From Sporopachydermia quercuum (lineage: Eukaryota): a stretch of DNA of 64,000 nt. The first letter of the stretch is position 1. Each line of letters starts with the position of its first letter. The position numbers were made by a program, and so were the translations under genes. A model generated the notes under the pieces. It ran no database searches and had not been told where the DNA came from. It was given only the letters and a program-made list of their open reading frames with translations. Positions 34,217-45,427 of the stretch are shown piece by piece. The stretch covers positions 62,001 to 126,000 of the forward strand of contig BCGN01000002.1 in assembly GCA_001599295.1 (NCBI GenBank). The letters run 5' to 3'.

Positions 34217-35521
34217 TTAACTAAATGCTTCACTTCCTAGCTTTTCTCTTAATTCTTCTATTACTTTATCCAAATCATCCAAACTCTGTTGTAAAGGNCC
34301 TATTTCATCAAACTTCCGGCTTTTCTTACTCTTCTCAATCATTTCCGATACCAAGAACCTTTGCTCTTCCATTACAACAAGCTCTTCCTGGCACTCTTTC
34401 ACTTCTTTCCTTGACAAAGGTTTACGAATAGGCNCTTGTGGCTCTTCTGATCCAGCTCGAGAACCAGAACCAGACCCTCCTGGATGGCTAAGCTTAAGAA
34501 TCTGAGGCAAACTTTTTAACGGAAGCATATTTTCCTGGAGGAATTCAACCGCATGCATGTAGATTGCTTGTTGGAGTCTCCGTTCCGACTCCGAGGTTAC
34601 TTCCGCTTTTGATACTTGCCGAGCATTTCGATCAAACTGTGCAAATGACTCTAGAAGCCGTGTTCTAAGTTTCGTAGCTTCGTTCAATCTATCTTTTCCG
34701 GGTAATTCACCTGATTCCAGCTCTTCCAGCATCTTGCGGAACTTCGGAAGTAATATTTCAATTGACCTCCGGCTTATCAGCATAGTACTATATTGTTTTA
34801 GTATAGGCGACAGTTCGCTTGACACATCTCGGAGAAAATGCCTTTTAAGGAATATCTCATCTTTGCAACTCCGGCATATCCGAATGCTGTCATTATTATC
34901 CGGTACTACCGGAACTATTTCTGAACCGAGTTCTGAATGTAATATATCTATAGGAACATCTCGAGAACATCCAGTTGAATGATCAGCACAGACAACTTTT
35001 CCGCATAAGCGACAATGATGCTTTCGAAGCATCAATCCAAAGCTTCTTTCGCACATAAAACAGTCTCTCACTAGTTTGTCCTCCTCCCATTTTACCACGT
35101 GAGTCTCCGCATTTCTCCGACGGAAGGTCTGGGTAATAGAGAACACATTACTTCCAGTATCGGCTTTATTTTCCTCATTCAGTTTCTCGATCGATAAAAC
35201 TAGCTATAAGTAGAATGTTAGTGGTTTGAGGACTCAAAATAGTGAAGAAATGTCTATAAAGAGATCAAATATATATAAAGGTGTTTATCATACTTTATTC
35301 AGACGTTTCTCTAGCTTCATGACTTCTAAATCAGTAGTATCAATCTTCTTCTGCCGTATCGAACGAAACTCGNNAAATTTATCTATCACCAGTCCCTTAT
35401 TATCGTGGATTGGCTTGTGTGGCTTTCGTCTTCGATCTCGGTCCAAATGACGATCTCCCCTTTTCGGAGATCCCGCATTCTTACTGTGGCTTCCGTTAAC
35501 TCTCTCTGTGAAGCTCTTCAT
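34217..35521 (-). CDS. PEP7: Pep7/Vac1 (rabenosyn-like FYVE Rab effector), about 404 aa; exons 35294-35521 and 34217-35203
   Basis: FRSIRQKKID...LEKRLNK|L segment, WEED...C..C...F....RKHHCRLCGKVVC FYVE domain, C-terminal EELVVMEEQRFLV...RKFDE; intron 35204-35293 (GTATGA/CACTAAC/TAG). Start codon uncertain. Confidence 0.82.
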
Positions 35522-36173
35522 CACGATTGCCGGTTAGAAGTTGGGATTCCCGAGTTTCCCCTGCAAATTTTAGAATTGGAAATTACCAGGATTCGTTTTT
35601 TCAATTATCACTTCGGTCGGGTTATTACTAATGATTCAGATTGGCATTAGATGCATCGGAAGNNCCGCTAAATTGCGCTGCTTTGTCATCCGAGAAGAGA
35701 CGGAAGGAGATCAGTGAAAAGAGGGAAAAGCGGAGACTATTGAATTCAGAGCGGAGATGTTGAATCTGAAAATAGCGGATATTATATATTATTGTCTAGT
35801 AATCAGAAATTGCATAACAACTGGAAATAAAAGTGGAAAGTACTAAAATGGAGACATATATTTTTTTTCTTATTTATACTGCGAAAAAGATATGGATTTT
35901 AATTATCTTACGGATCCCTTCTTGTTCTTTGATTGTGTTTCTATGTCTAGTAGATGATCAGACTCTCTACTCTATGATATTCTAATAGCGGAAACTATTC
36001 AAAGTGACTCTCNGACCTCCTCCGGAAAAGATATTCGAATTCCGGAAATTATGTCGTTTCTTAATTCCGTACCGCACACATATCATACGGGTTGTATTAT
36101 TTTCAGACAGTTTGTAGCTTGAACAATAGGAAATCTTACATTAAATTGAAATAAATACAAATAAGAAACACGT

Positions 36174-38576
36174 TCATACTACCTGATCCAGTGATTCGTA
36201 CCCTTCTATATCACGCGCAACCACCGGGTACTCCGTNAGAGTATAATAATCAACCATGACTCCACCAAGCATAGCTTTGCCAGAATCTGGATCAAGAGCA
36301 TCCATACGTTCGAATTTGAAGAAATCCAAGTATCCCAAAGGCATGAAAAAATCCCGCACGTTCCTGTAGAATCCGTAGTTCCAGGGTTTCGATCTTCTAC
36401 GGATTCTTCTGGTTCTTGAGCTTGAAGCTAATGCATCTCTTGCAGTAGCAACAAACTGGTCCAAACCTAGCAAACGATAAATAGAACTGAAACATGTCCT
36501 TTCACGCACTGTTGGTATAGCATTTACACCAGCAAGACCTGCCGTGCTAGCAGCACTACTATCAACACTGTTGCTACCAATTAGTCCTGTAGTAGAATAT
36601 GTGTCCTCATCGTTGTTAAAATTTCCTTGTCTCCTCTGCAGATCTTCAGCTAACTCCCTAGGCACATTAGAGAAATCAGATGAGTCGCCTAGACCAAAAC
36701 TGTGTAGTTTACTAGCTTCAAAAGTGGTGATACCAGAGGCGATTTGAAAGAATTGAACAAATATCAGGAATAACAGCCACAGAGCTTGGCACAAAACCCA
36801 GAACCATAAGCTTAAAATGAAACCCGAAGAATAAGACGCTTTGCAGAAAGCCTCAGGAAGAACTGCACAATTTTCTGTTGGGTCTTGTAGGGAGNCGAAG
36901 TAATATATTCCTAGTATAAGGAAGGTGAAAATACCTGTTTCTAATGATAGAATGAAAAACACGAACAAACGGTGATTCCTGAGCCCGACGTCATTATAAA
37001 TCCAAGGGCAAAAATGGTCAAATCTAGCTACACTTCTCTTATTAAAGTGTGAGTACTTAGATCTGATTGGTTTACGAATAAATGAATAAATGCAGAAGTG
37101 CTTAGCATCAAACTTCCCTTGNGCCAATAGTTCTTCTATCAGTCTCTTCTGTTGCGATAAACCACCGTTCTTTCTAATCAATCCTGGATCCATAAACATA
37201 GCTTTNAAGAATGAGAGCACAACGCATAATATTGAAAGTCCCATAAGCAGATGCAGTAATAAATACCATAAATCTCCCATATTGGGTAGAATTTGAAATG
37301 CCCATATAATGGAGACATAAAACAAGGTACCAGAGAACACTCCTGAAAGATAAGGAGACTTCATTAAACCATTGNCACCTGCAAACTTATCAGCGACGAC
37401 TGTTTTGAGTAGAATGAAGTTTATGATTCCCAGCATAGCTATATTAAGTAGTATTGCTAATGGGAACGAATAGTTCCCGAAGAAGGTAAAAAATAACCCT
37501 AAACAGACATACGGAGTGAAAAAGACAATCAAACTTGCCGTTTTACGGTTGAATCNCAATTTTCGGGGCAAGCCATTCCTTTTTCGTCCAGTCATAACTA
37601 GGGCTTCTTCAAACGCCTTTATATTATTTGTTTCCTGAGCAATCATCCTTGGAGTTTTACCTTCATTTGTAGTAGCAAATACGTCAGATCCGCTACTGAT
37701 TAAATGCTTTATACATAACCGATTCCCCCTTACCACGGCCCAATGCAAAGGGGTCAATCCTTGCGAATCCCGTTGGCCAGGATCAGCACCAAACTTCAGA
37801 AGTACCTCGACACTGAGGCAGTCTCCCTGATAAGCCGCCCAGTGTAATGCACTACGATCATAAGGATCAGTAGCTTGGATTGGCAAAGAATGATGTAACA
37901 GATAAATCACCAGCATTATATTCGATGAATGAACACCTAAATGTAAAGCATTGAATCCTTGGCTATCAGTACGTAAAGGGTCAGCCCCTTGTTGGATTAG
38001 ATAATCTACAATGTAGACCAATCCATTTCTAGCTGCCCATTGAAGCGGTGTAGCTTGCAAAGATCCACCTTTCGCGTCAACAACTGCACCATGCTCAACC
38101 AGATATTTACAAGCATATAGCTTGTTGTTGATAGCTGCCCAGTGTAAAGGTGTGACACCATCGTTTGAAGTATACTGAGCGAGTTCTGGTTTTTCCTCTA
38201 TTAGTATTTTCAGTCTATCCAATGCTCCATACTGTGCTGCTAATACAATTTCTGGACACTCCTGATCTTGCTTAGAGTCTTGTTGTGTTTCCTGAGACTC
38301 TTTACTGTTTGCAGATATAACACTAGCTGTGGAAATGGGTAAATGAGGTGTACTGTTAGCAGTATTATTATTATTGTTACCATTGGTATTATTCGCATTA
38401 TTGTTATTACTATTCTTAGCAGTAGCGATAAGTGAAGGGATTCCTTCGCTTTCTAGAGATTCTGATATGCTTGCCGGATTTCCTGTTGTTGATGCTGATG
38501 TCACTTTGGAGAATGTGCTTATAGATTTCATTGTCCTCAGCTCTTCAGCCGATGGTGCACTGCCATTGATAGACAT
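36174..38576 (-). CDS. AKR1: Ankyrin-repeat palmitoyltransferase Akr1/Akr2
   Basis: Several TPLHWAA ankyrin repeats, TM segments, RFDHFCPWIYNDVGLRNH (DHHC-family domain). Confidence 0.95.
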   Translation of the reverse strand: MSINGSAPSAEELRTMKSISTFSKVTSASTTGNPASISESLESEGIPSLIATAKNSNNNNANNTNGNNNNNTANSTPHLPISTASVISANSKESQETQQDSKQDQECPEIVLAAQYGALDRLKILIEEKPELAQYTSNDGVTPLHWAAINNKLYACKYLVEHGAVVDAKGGSLQATPLQWAARNGLVYIVDYLIQQGADPLRTDSQGFNALHLGVHSSNIMLVIYLLHHSLPIQATDPYDRSALHWAAYQGDCLSVEVLLKFGADPGQRDSQGLTPLHWAVVRGNRLCIKHLISSGSDVFATTNEGKTPRMIAQETNNIKAFEEALVMTGRKRNGLPRKLXFNRKTASLIVFFTPYVCLGLFFTFFGNYSFPLAILLNIAMLGIINFILLKTVVADKFAGXNGLMKSPYLSGVFSGTLFYVSIIWAFQILPNMGDLWYLLLHLLMGLSILCVVLSFXKAMFMDPGLIRKNGGLSQQKRLIEELLXQGKFDAKHFCIYSFIRKPIRSKYSHFNKRSVARFDHFCPWIYNDVGLRNHRLFVFFILSLETGIFTFLILGIYYFXSLQDPTENCAVLPEAFCKASYSSGFILSLWFWVLCQALWLLFLIFVQFFQIASGITTFEASKLHSFGLGDSSDFSNVPRELAEDLQRRQGNFNNDEDTYSTTGLIGSNSVDSSAASTAGLAGVNAIPTVRERTCFSSIYRLLGLDQFVATARDALASSSRTRRIRRRSKPWNYGFYRNVRDFFMPLGYLDFFKFERMDALDPDSGKAMLGGVMVDYYTXTEYPVVARDIEGYESLDQVV

Positions 38577-39400
38577 GATGGATAAACGTTTTCAAATTCA
38601 CTGATTGATAAGAGACTAACTCGCTCAAATATACAGGAATTCTGTTGATTCTTGTTCAAATTTTACCTACNNNCTCGTACCATGAATAACAGTTCATTTG
38701 AGATTAATAACAGTAACTCAATGTCAATCTGATCTGATACCGATAAGTAGCAAGCCTGACCAGTTCAAGCACATAGGAATCTTAGCAGTTGTTTGCTAAG
38801 CGTTTCAACTTGAATAAGCAAGAACTGGCTCATCAACGCCAATTGAGCTCCCAAGTGTGAATATTATCTAATAGACATAAAGCTGATAGATTATACGATA
38901 TTAACCCACTAGAAGGAACTCAGTAGAGGAGACACACACATGGGAAAGAGGCACCATTCTATTAAGCACAAATACGAAAATAAGATCGGAGACTTTGGAA
39001 GGNTTATCATTTCCGGAATTAGAAAATAGAAAACAGTGTGTCTTAAAATGGGTGATTGTATCTATATTAAAAGCTATATATACTTTGCTGTTTGCATAAC
39101 GGTGCATNATATTGCATACTTTTTTGTAGATTGTTGCATGTTACTGCATGCTACTGNATGAATTAGGTGCAAAATCTAGAAGAAATATATAATTGAATAA
39201 AAGAAATCATGAGAAATCATAAAGCAGTATTTCTATGTCTTCACGACATCATGTTCCCGCTTTCTAATTTCCAGGTCAAATTTAAATCTTTCGTATTTCT
39301 TGTACAGTGATTATGTCCCTCATCAGCCTCGTCTCCATGCATGCACATTCCTTATCGCTCGTACTTATGGAACTATACAAAACATTCTACATTTTCTTAT

Positions 39401-42400
39401 CTATAAGATCTTCTGACAAACAGATAATAACGACATCACAGTTTCATTACTGATTCTCTTGTTATTCCGTGATGCTGTAACAAAGATTGTGACTCCGTCT
39501 TTGAATCCATAATCCAAAAGACTCTTTTTCACTGTTTCTTTCTGCTCCATATTTCCATGATTCACCAGATTCTCAAGAATTGCTATGATCCTAACCAAAA
39601 CATCGTCATCCAATTCTTCTTCGTCTGCTTCGGATAATAATTCGACTATCTTTTCCAGTATAACTTTCTTTCCTTCATGCTCACAGCTCATAAATGCATC
39701 AATAGACAAATCACCAAATTCTGATAAAATGGCCAAAGTTCCAAGCACAGCTAACCGTGATTTATAGTCATCNAATCCCAACAACAACGTGAGAACCTTT
39801 AATCTATTAATGCTTTGCTTGTTCTCGGTATTCAGAAACTTCTCTGCACATAATGGAACGACCGACAGATTGCATATAAGTTCAAGGGTTGCCCGTTTGA
39901 TCAAGTCGTTACCAGAAAATAATAGTTCATTTTCTATTTTAGCCCAAGCTGTTGTTATTATTTTATTGCATACAGTTTCNGAAATAGTTGCTAAATTAGT
40001 TAGGCCCATCANTGCTTCAAACGTATCAAGGAGAGGAAACTCTGAGCCTGTGCTAACACCAACTAGATCCAACTGTTGAATTAAATATGAAACAACGTCA
40101 AGTAACGATATATTCGAAGATATTAATGTTGGATTAATGGATATGAAGATATTAGCTATAATACTTCGGCAGGTAGTTAATAATGCTAAATTAGAGTCCT
40201 CTGCTGCTTTGTTACTAGTAATGCTTTTGATGGTATTTAATACTAAGGGTANAACGCCCATGGCTACTAGTTTACTTCTCAGTGGTTGGATAGTGGCCAT
40301 AGTCTTGATAATCAATAAAACACTTCTTCTTGATGATGTTGATAGTTTATTATACGTTCTGAATAGCAATGGTAGTAATTCTTCTTCAACACTAGTAGTG
40401 CCAGCATTAGCAGAACTGGCACCAGCTTTATCACTTATATTCACTAGCCATTGGCAATATACGACGATTTCCTTATTAATCTCTTCAGCAGATTTGGTTT
40501 TGGTAAATTCATCAGTCGGCTCAGCACTAGCATATTTCTTCAACTGCTTGATAGACTCTTGCTCTTCGTTGCCTTTTACCTCTTTTCTAGTTATATTGCA
40601 TATAACAGTCAATAAACCATAGATCTGCATAGAAAGCTGTGAACTCAAAGAAGAATTATTCAGCACATGTAAGCTTGGTTTCAAGAAATACCTAATCAAT
40701 GTCTGGTTCAACTCATTGTTTGTTCTGATCAGCGATTGGATGTTCTTGTTCAGCGAAATAAATGTTAGGCCTTCAATGGTATTAGCAGTGATATCGTTCG
40801 AAATGCTGATATTGTTCGTAGATATGAATTTGATGGTTTCAAGAAAAACAAAATAAAGCTCGTCAATTTCCAACAGAGAATTACTGTCATTTTGGTTGCC
40901 CTGCTGCTGCTGTTGCTTTNGCTGTTTCGGTTTTGTTTTATTATGATGATCTGTCGATAGTAGTTTTGTTAATACTGCAGCAGTGAGCACTCTCATATTG
41001 TGCGTAGATAATAAGAGAGCCCTGTGTTGTAAATCTGGGTTTGATGTTTCAGTAAAGTTATCTTTTGCTTTATTGTCCACTGGATCTTCTCTATTATCCA
41101 GTATTCTAACATTTGCCAGTTGATCACAAGTTCCTCGTAGTTCCATCTCCTCTTCTAAGGCATCAGCCTTTTCAGAGTACGCGCTCATTGCAGCTAGTAT
41201 TAAATTATAATAAAACTTGTCAATTAAGGTCCTGGTCTCTTCATCTCCGCATGCTATAGAGCAAAATGATAGGAACTGTGATAAGAACTCAGTAGGTAGT
41301 TTCTTAGAAATACCTATATATTTCTTCAACAGTTGAGCATTGCCGCTATTGCTGTTCTCCTTGGTGTTCTCGTTGTCAGTGACATCGACAATTTTGTTAT
41401 TATGATCATTCTCAGTGTCTTCAGTTGGTAGTTTGAGCGCTTCATTCAATGTAGGAATATAAGACATGAATAATCTTTTACCTATAGATATATCAACAGC
41501 TGAATATAGATACNGGAGAAGGGAGAGAAAAAACTGAATAGAGTAGATAGAATAGTCATTTGTCAGGAGAATATTCTCAACGAACGATTCAATAGTTGTA
41601 TTGAAATTATCAGCAGTAAGTTGAATTGTAGGTGATGCTGCTGGTGCTGATGTTTGATTGACGACTATTCCATGTAGTCTGTATAGAACCATCGATGATA
41701 GGAAAGAGATATCAGGGTTCNATGATAAATGGGGGTCAAAAAGATTGAGCAGTAGTTGAATAGTCTGTTCTAAAGTCGATTTGTCAACGTTTTCAGCCGT
41801 CGGAGTATTNAAAATTGGTATTATTATGTTCAAAGTGTTAACAATAGTACCAATAGTAGCCCTATCCGTAGTACTACTGTTAGTACTAGTGGTATAAGCC
41901 TTATTGATAATTGAATAGCTGGTTTTCAGTATATGGTTAACTGAGGCAAACAGTTGCATTTTCATTTGCTCATCAGAAATCATATCAACGATTAGACGGT
42001 CAATAAATGCATCTCTAGTACCCTTATTACTACTATTACAATCACTGTCAATGTCAACGTTGCTATCTGCTCCTAGACTGACACGAGATAGGCATACTAG
42101 AAACGTGAAATAGCTACCGAAATCTTCTCCTTGAATGTGTTTGAACACATTTTCAATCTCGCTAATTATCAATGAAGCATCACTAGCTTTTATTTTCAAG
42201 TTCAGCTTCAAATTCAAATCACCTGTTGATGATTGTAAACCTTTGGCACCTGTCTCTTCGGTTCCTATTGCTTGGTGGTAAAAGCCTGAAAAGAGTATGC
42301 TGATCTTCCTATCTGAGAGATCAGCATAAGATTGAAACAAACTCCTTTTCAAACTGCAAAAACGGTTCACTAAATCCCTTATTTCCTGACGAGTTTCGCC

Positions 42401-42550
42401 AGTTAAATTCTGTACAGTTGAATCTTTGTTTTTTTCAGCACTTGATATGCCCGGAAATTCAAACGACTGAAGGAATTCAATAAACCCCCCGATATCGATT
42501 GAATTATTTTCGACAGAGGTCCCAAGTAGTTTAAATGATGACATATTCAT
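39401..42550 (-). CDS. SHE4: UCS-domain myosin chaperone She4
   Basis: IEGLTFISL, QLKKYA, LRSKLVAMG, ISINP, LLDTFEAxMGLTNLA, RATLELICNL; adjacent to an AKR gene as in S. cerevisiae. Confidence 0.9.
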   Translation of the reverse strand: MNMSSFKLLGTSVENNSIDIGGFIEFLQSFEFPGISSAEKNKDSTVQNLTGETRQEIRDLVNRFCSLKRSLFQSYADLSDRKISILFSGFYHQAIGTEETGAKGLQSSTGDLNLKLNLKIKASDASLIISEIENVFKHIQGEDFGSYFTFLVCLSRVSLGADSNVDIDSDCNSSNKGTRDAFIDRLIVDMISDEQMKMQLFASVNHILKTSYSIINKAYTTSTNSSTTDRATIGTIVNTLNIIIPIXNTPTAENVDKSTLEQTIQLLLNLFDPHLSXNPDISFLSSMVLYRLHGIVVNQTSAPAASPTIQLTADNFNTTIESFVENILLTNDYSIYSIQFFLSLLXYLYSAVDISIGKRLFMSYIPTLNEALKLPTEDTENDHNNKIVDVTDNENTKENSNSGNAQLLKKYIGISKKLPTEFLSQFLSFCSIACGDEETRTLIDKFYYNLILAAMSAYSEKADALEEEMELRGTCDQLANVRILDNREDPVDNKAKDNFTETSNPDLQHRALLLSTHNMRVLTAAVLTKLLSTDHHNKTKPKQXKQQQQQGNQNDSNSLLEIDELYFVFLETIKFISTNNISISNDITANTIEGLTFISLNKNIQSLIRTNNELNQTLIRYFLKPSLHVLNNSSLSSQLSMQIYGLLTVICNITRKEVKGNEEQESIKQLKKYASAEPTDEFTKTKSAEEINKEIVVYCQWLVNISDKAGASSANAGTTSVEEELLPLLFRTYNKLSTSSRRSVLLIIKTMATIQPLRSKLVAMGVXPLVLNTIKSITSNKAAEDSNLALLTTCRSIIANIFISINPTLISSNISLLDVVSYLIQQLDLVGVSTGSEFPLLDTFEAXMGLTNLATIXETVCNKIITTAWAKIENELLFSGNDLIKRATLELICNLSVVPLCAEKFLNTENKQSINRLKVLTLLLGXDDYKSRLAVLGTLAILSEFGDLSIDAFMSCEHEGKKVILEKIVELLSEADEEELDDDVLVRIIAILENLVNHGNMEQKETVKKSLLDYGFKDGVTIFVTASRNNKRISNETVMSLLSVCQKIL

Positions 42551-43105
42551 ATTGGAAGTAAAGTGTTATATTGTCTGCCCTGTTATTACTTTGGTAGATA
42601 TTTCTCTTCATTTAGCTGATATTCTCTGACTGCTTATGCCGTATGGAAGGTTTCTGTNGTAAGAACAGTCAATACAGCAAGCAGGTAGCAGAATGTTCAA
42701 TTTTTACAAGGTTTGGAGCAAAAAGATCAGAATTATGAACAATTCCTTCTAAGCAACTCAATTTTCTGGTATAAAAAAAACATTCCCGTGTAAGTCATAT
42801 AGGAAAGTTCAAAGAAGAGAAAGAAAAAGAGGAAAAGGAAGAACTGACATACAGATACTTATTTCATAATCACATGCAACGAAAGAACAGTGAAAAATGG
42901 TGCACAGGAAGAGGATCATAAAAACAGAAGCAAAAGTAGGATTTGAGGATTGTTAAAACAGCTCAAGATTATGATAGAAACAATTTATTCTGGATGTTCT
43001 GTGCTCACTGGTTATATGGAAGAATAATATAAAACTGTTGATTAATTGTAGTGTTTTGTTTCANTTTTTCTATAATAAAGATCAACATTTCGTTCTGCCA
43101 TGAGA

Positions 43106-43193
43106 GGCCCGATGGTTTAGTGGTATAATTCTCGCTTAGGGTTTACCTTAAGCAATTTGCGAGAGGTCCCGGGTTCAATTCCCGGTTGGGCCC
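43106..43193 (+). tRNA. tRNA-Pro(AGG) with 16-nt intron (43142-43157)
   Basis: Acceptor stem GGCCCGA/TTGGGCC, D arm TGGTTTAGTGGT, anticodon stem CTCGC/GCGAG with AGG at 43138-43140, T loop GGTTCAATTCC; 72 nt after splicing; followed by a T-run. Confidence 0.95.
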
Positions 43194-43717
43194 TNTNTTT
43201 TTGTCTGATAACTTTTTTTATTATCTATTTAATCTTGATTTAATTATTATTGTTAGCGTAACGAGATAAGTAAATTAAATTAAACTGGATTGATTCTTAT
43301 GTATTTTACTAATTGATGTAAGGTATAGTTTTGAAGTATCTGGTTACACTTGTCCTGCAGCTGTTACTGGCTTTCTATCTGCCGTTTGAGGGATCAGTGT
43401 CAGCCAATTACTATNAATGAAGAGATGTAAAATAAAAGATAAGGAACTGTCTGTGTGCTATGATCAAACTGTTGATTGCTTCCAACAGACTTCGAGTCCC
43501 ACTTTCTATTCAATGAATTTCTTATAGTAGCAAGTAGTCCTCTCTTGAAGTCATGTCAAACAGTTCTTTTCAAAGCTTCGTCCCGCTTATTTGTTTTCTT
43601 TCTTTGTGACTATACAAAGAGTGAACTTGCTCCCTTTCCACTTTTTTCATTAAAAATTCAAGTTTTTCTTCTCTATCCTAAATTTAGGTCNTATGTCATT
43701 GAAAACTTTATTAGTCA

Positions 43718-44270
43718 TCATACGCCAGATACCAGAGAACCAACACAGGTGTACTTCCTATCAAAAGAGTCTGCCCAGTTATTTAATGAGTCAACTTCAA
43801 ATGGTTCTAAATCCTCTAATGTGTCTAGTGGTTGATCAACTGGCGTAAGCATTTCTGTTACTGTTAGTAAGAGCATAAAGATAATCAATCAATCGATCAA
43901 TCAACCATTATTTCATCCTCAACACCCTAAAAAACCACATACCTTCATCAAAGCTATTCTTAGCCAATCCTCTTGAGGCATCACGGCCAGCAAAATTACA
44001 GTATGGTCCTTCTGGACCATAGAAACTCTTTCCTGGTGTTACATCATACACTTTACNTTTAACTGCCAACAAAATCTTTGGATCATCTGTGCCATTGTAT
44101 TTCTGTAATTCCTGTGGGGTAAAAGTCCCCATCACNACTGGTTCATTAGTATTTTCCGATNGTTCAATTGATGAATATTTCACTTGAGGAAACAATAGCT
44201 TTTTAATGACGTAGTATGAGACAAAGGCAAGGACAATTGCCATCCAAATGCTTGAATCACTGCTATTCAT
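43718..44270 (-). CDS. DAP1: Heme/steroid-binding cytochrome b5-like protein Dap1 (PGRMC family), about 154 aa; exons 43943-44270 and 43718-43854
   Basis: N-terminal TM segment, [48 protein letters not shown]...W...F..KY..VG; intron 43855-43942. Confidence 0.93.
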
Positions 44271-45427
44271 CGTGATAGCGATATTAAAGCGACAACAACT
44301 ACGATATTGTGGATGATGAATTGACAGGTGGACTGAGCAACAGCAACACAGAGTGATTCACTTCAACTAAAAGACCAGTTACTTCGTACTTCAGCAACCT
44401 ATAAATCTTATTCTGCTTAACACTCTCAACTAAATTATAGCATCTACAAAATAGTTTCTTTGCGGTAATTATAAGAATAATGGAATAGCAGTAGCTGCTA
44501 ATGNATTAGAAGAACAATCTGTAACGATTTGTATGGAGAGATAATTTTAACTTTAAAGAGAAGCGTCTCAAAAGGGGGGATTGGGAAAATTTAGGGAAAG
44601 ATGCTTCTTTTGGGATGTAAGGGTTCGAAAATACGAGAAAGTTACATGATGGATGTGAGGGAGAAAAGGAAAGAAAAGGAGAGGAAAAGAGATCGAGCTG
44701 TGGAAGAATTTGGGAAACAATCATGAGTTCTAGTAGTCACAATGCTACCAGATTACTGACTAATTTGGCTTTATTTAGAATGTTGAGTTATGGTTAATAA
44801 AAGTAACAGTAAATCTGTAGTTTGCAGCTTAAGCATTAAGGTTATTCGAGCCTTATTAAGTTGAAATAACCTTAATTCTGAGGTTTCCCAGTAGTGAACT
44901 GATTTTGCTGCTAGCAGTGAGTCTTCACGTAAAAATAATCACAACAATACTGTAAGTCTAGTATATCTCTCTAGTTTATGGTAACTTTACTTTTCAAAAT
45001 ATCAATTACTATACGTTATCAATAATATTATTTCCCAATAATGTATTTCAGCTGCCCGGTGGGGATTATATAAATAAAGTTTAAAACCTAAACTTACCAG
45101 ATACCAAATATATAGAAATCAAGTTAACAAATTCCAACTTCAATTCTCTCGTCAACTGTTACTCCCCCAGCTTACAGTTAATCATCACATACTACAGTCT
45201 ATTTATTCATTATTTAACCAGTACAATCCATGAAATCCCATTGATATACACGAACATAAAGTTCCAAATGCTGGATTCAACATTTGTACAAACAAAAAAA
45301 AAACCCAAATATGTAAACATACTCAAACACCATAGTAATGCAGTTACCAACAATATAATTAATACATATTCCTCCGATCCATTCGTATCAATATCTCCAT
45401 TCATTTTTACATCCTGAAAATCAAAAT

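Noticed and set aside
37000..37030. DHFC instead of DHHC in Akr1
   Set aside because: Akr1-type enzymes are known to deviate at this position (DHYC in S. cerevisiae), so it is not novel.
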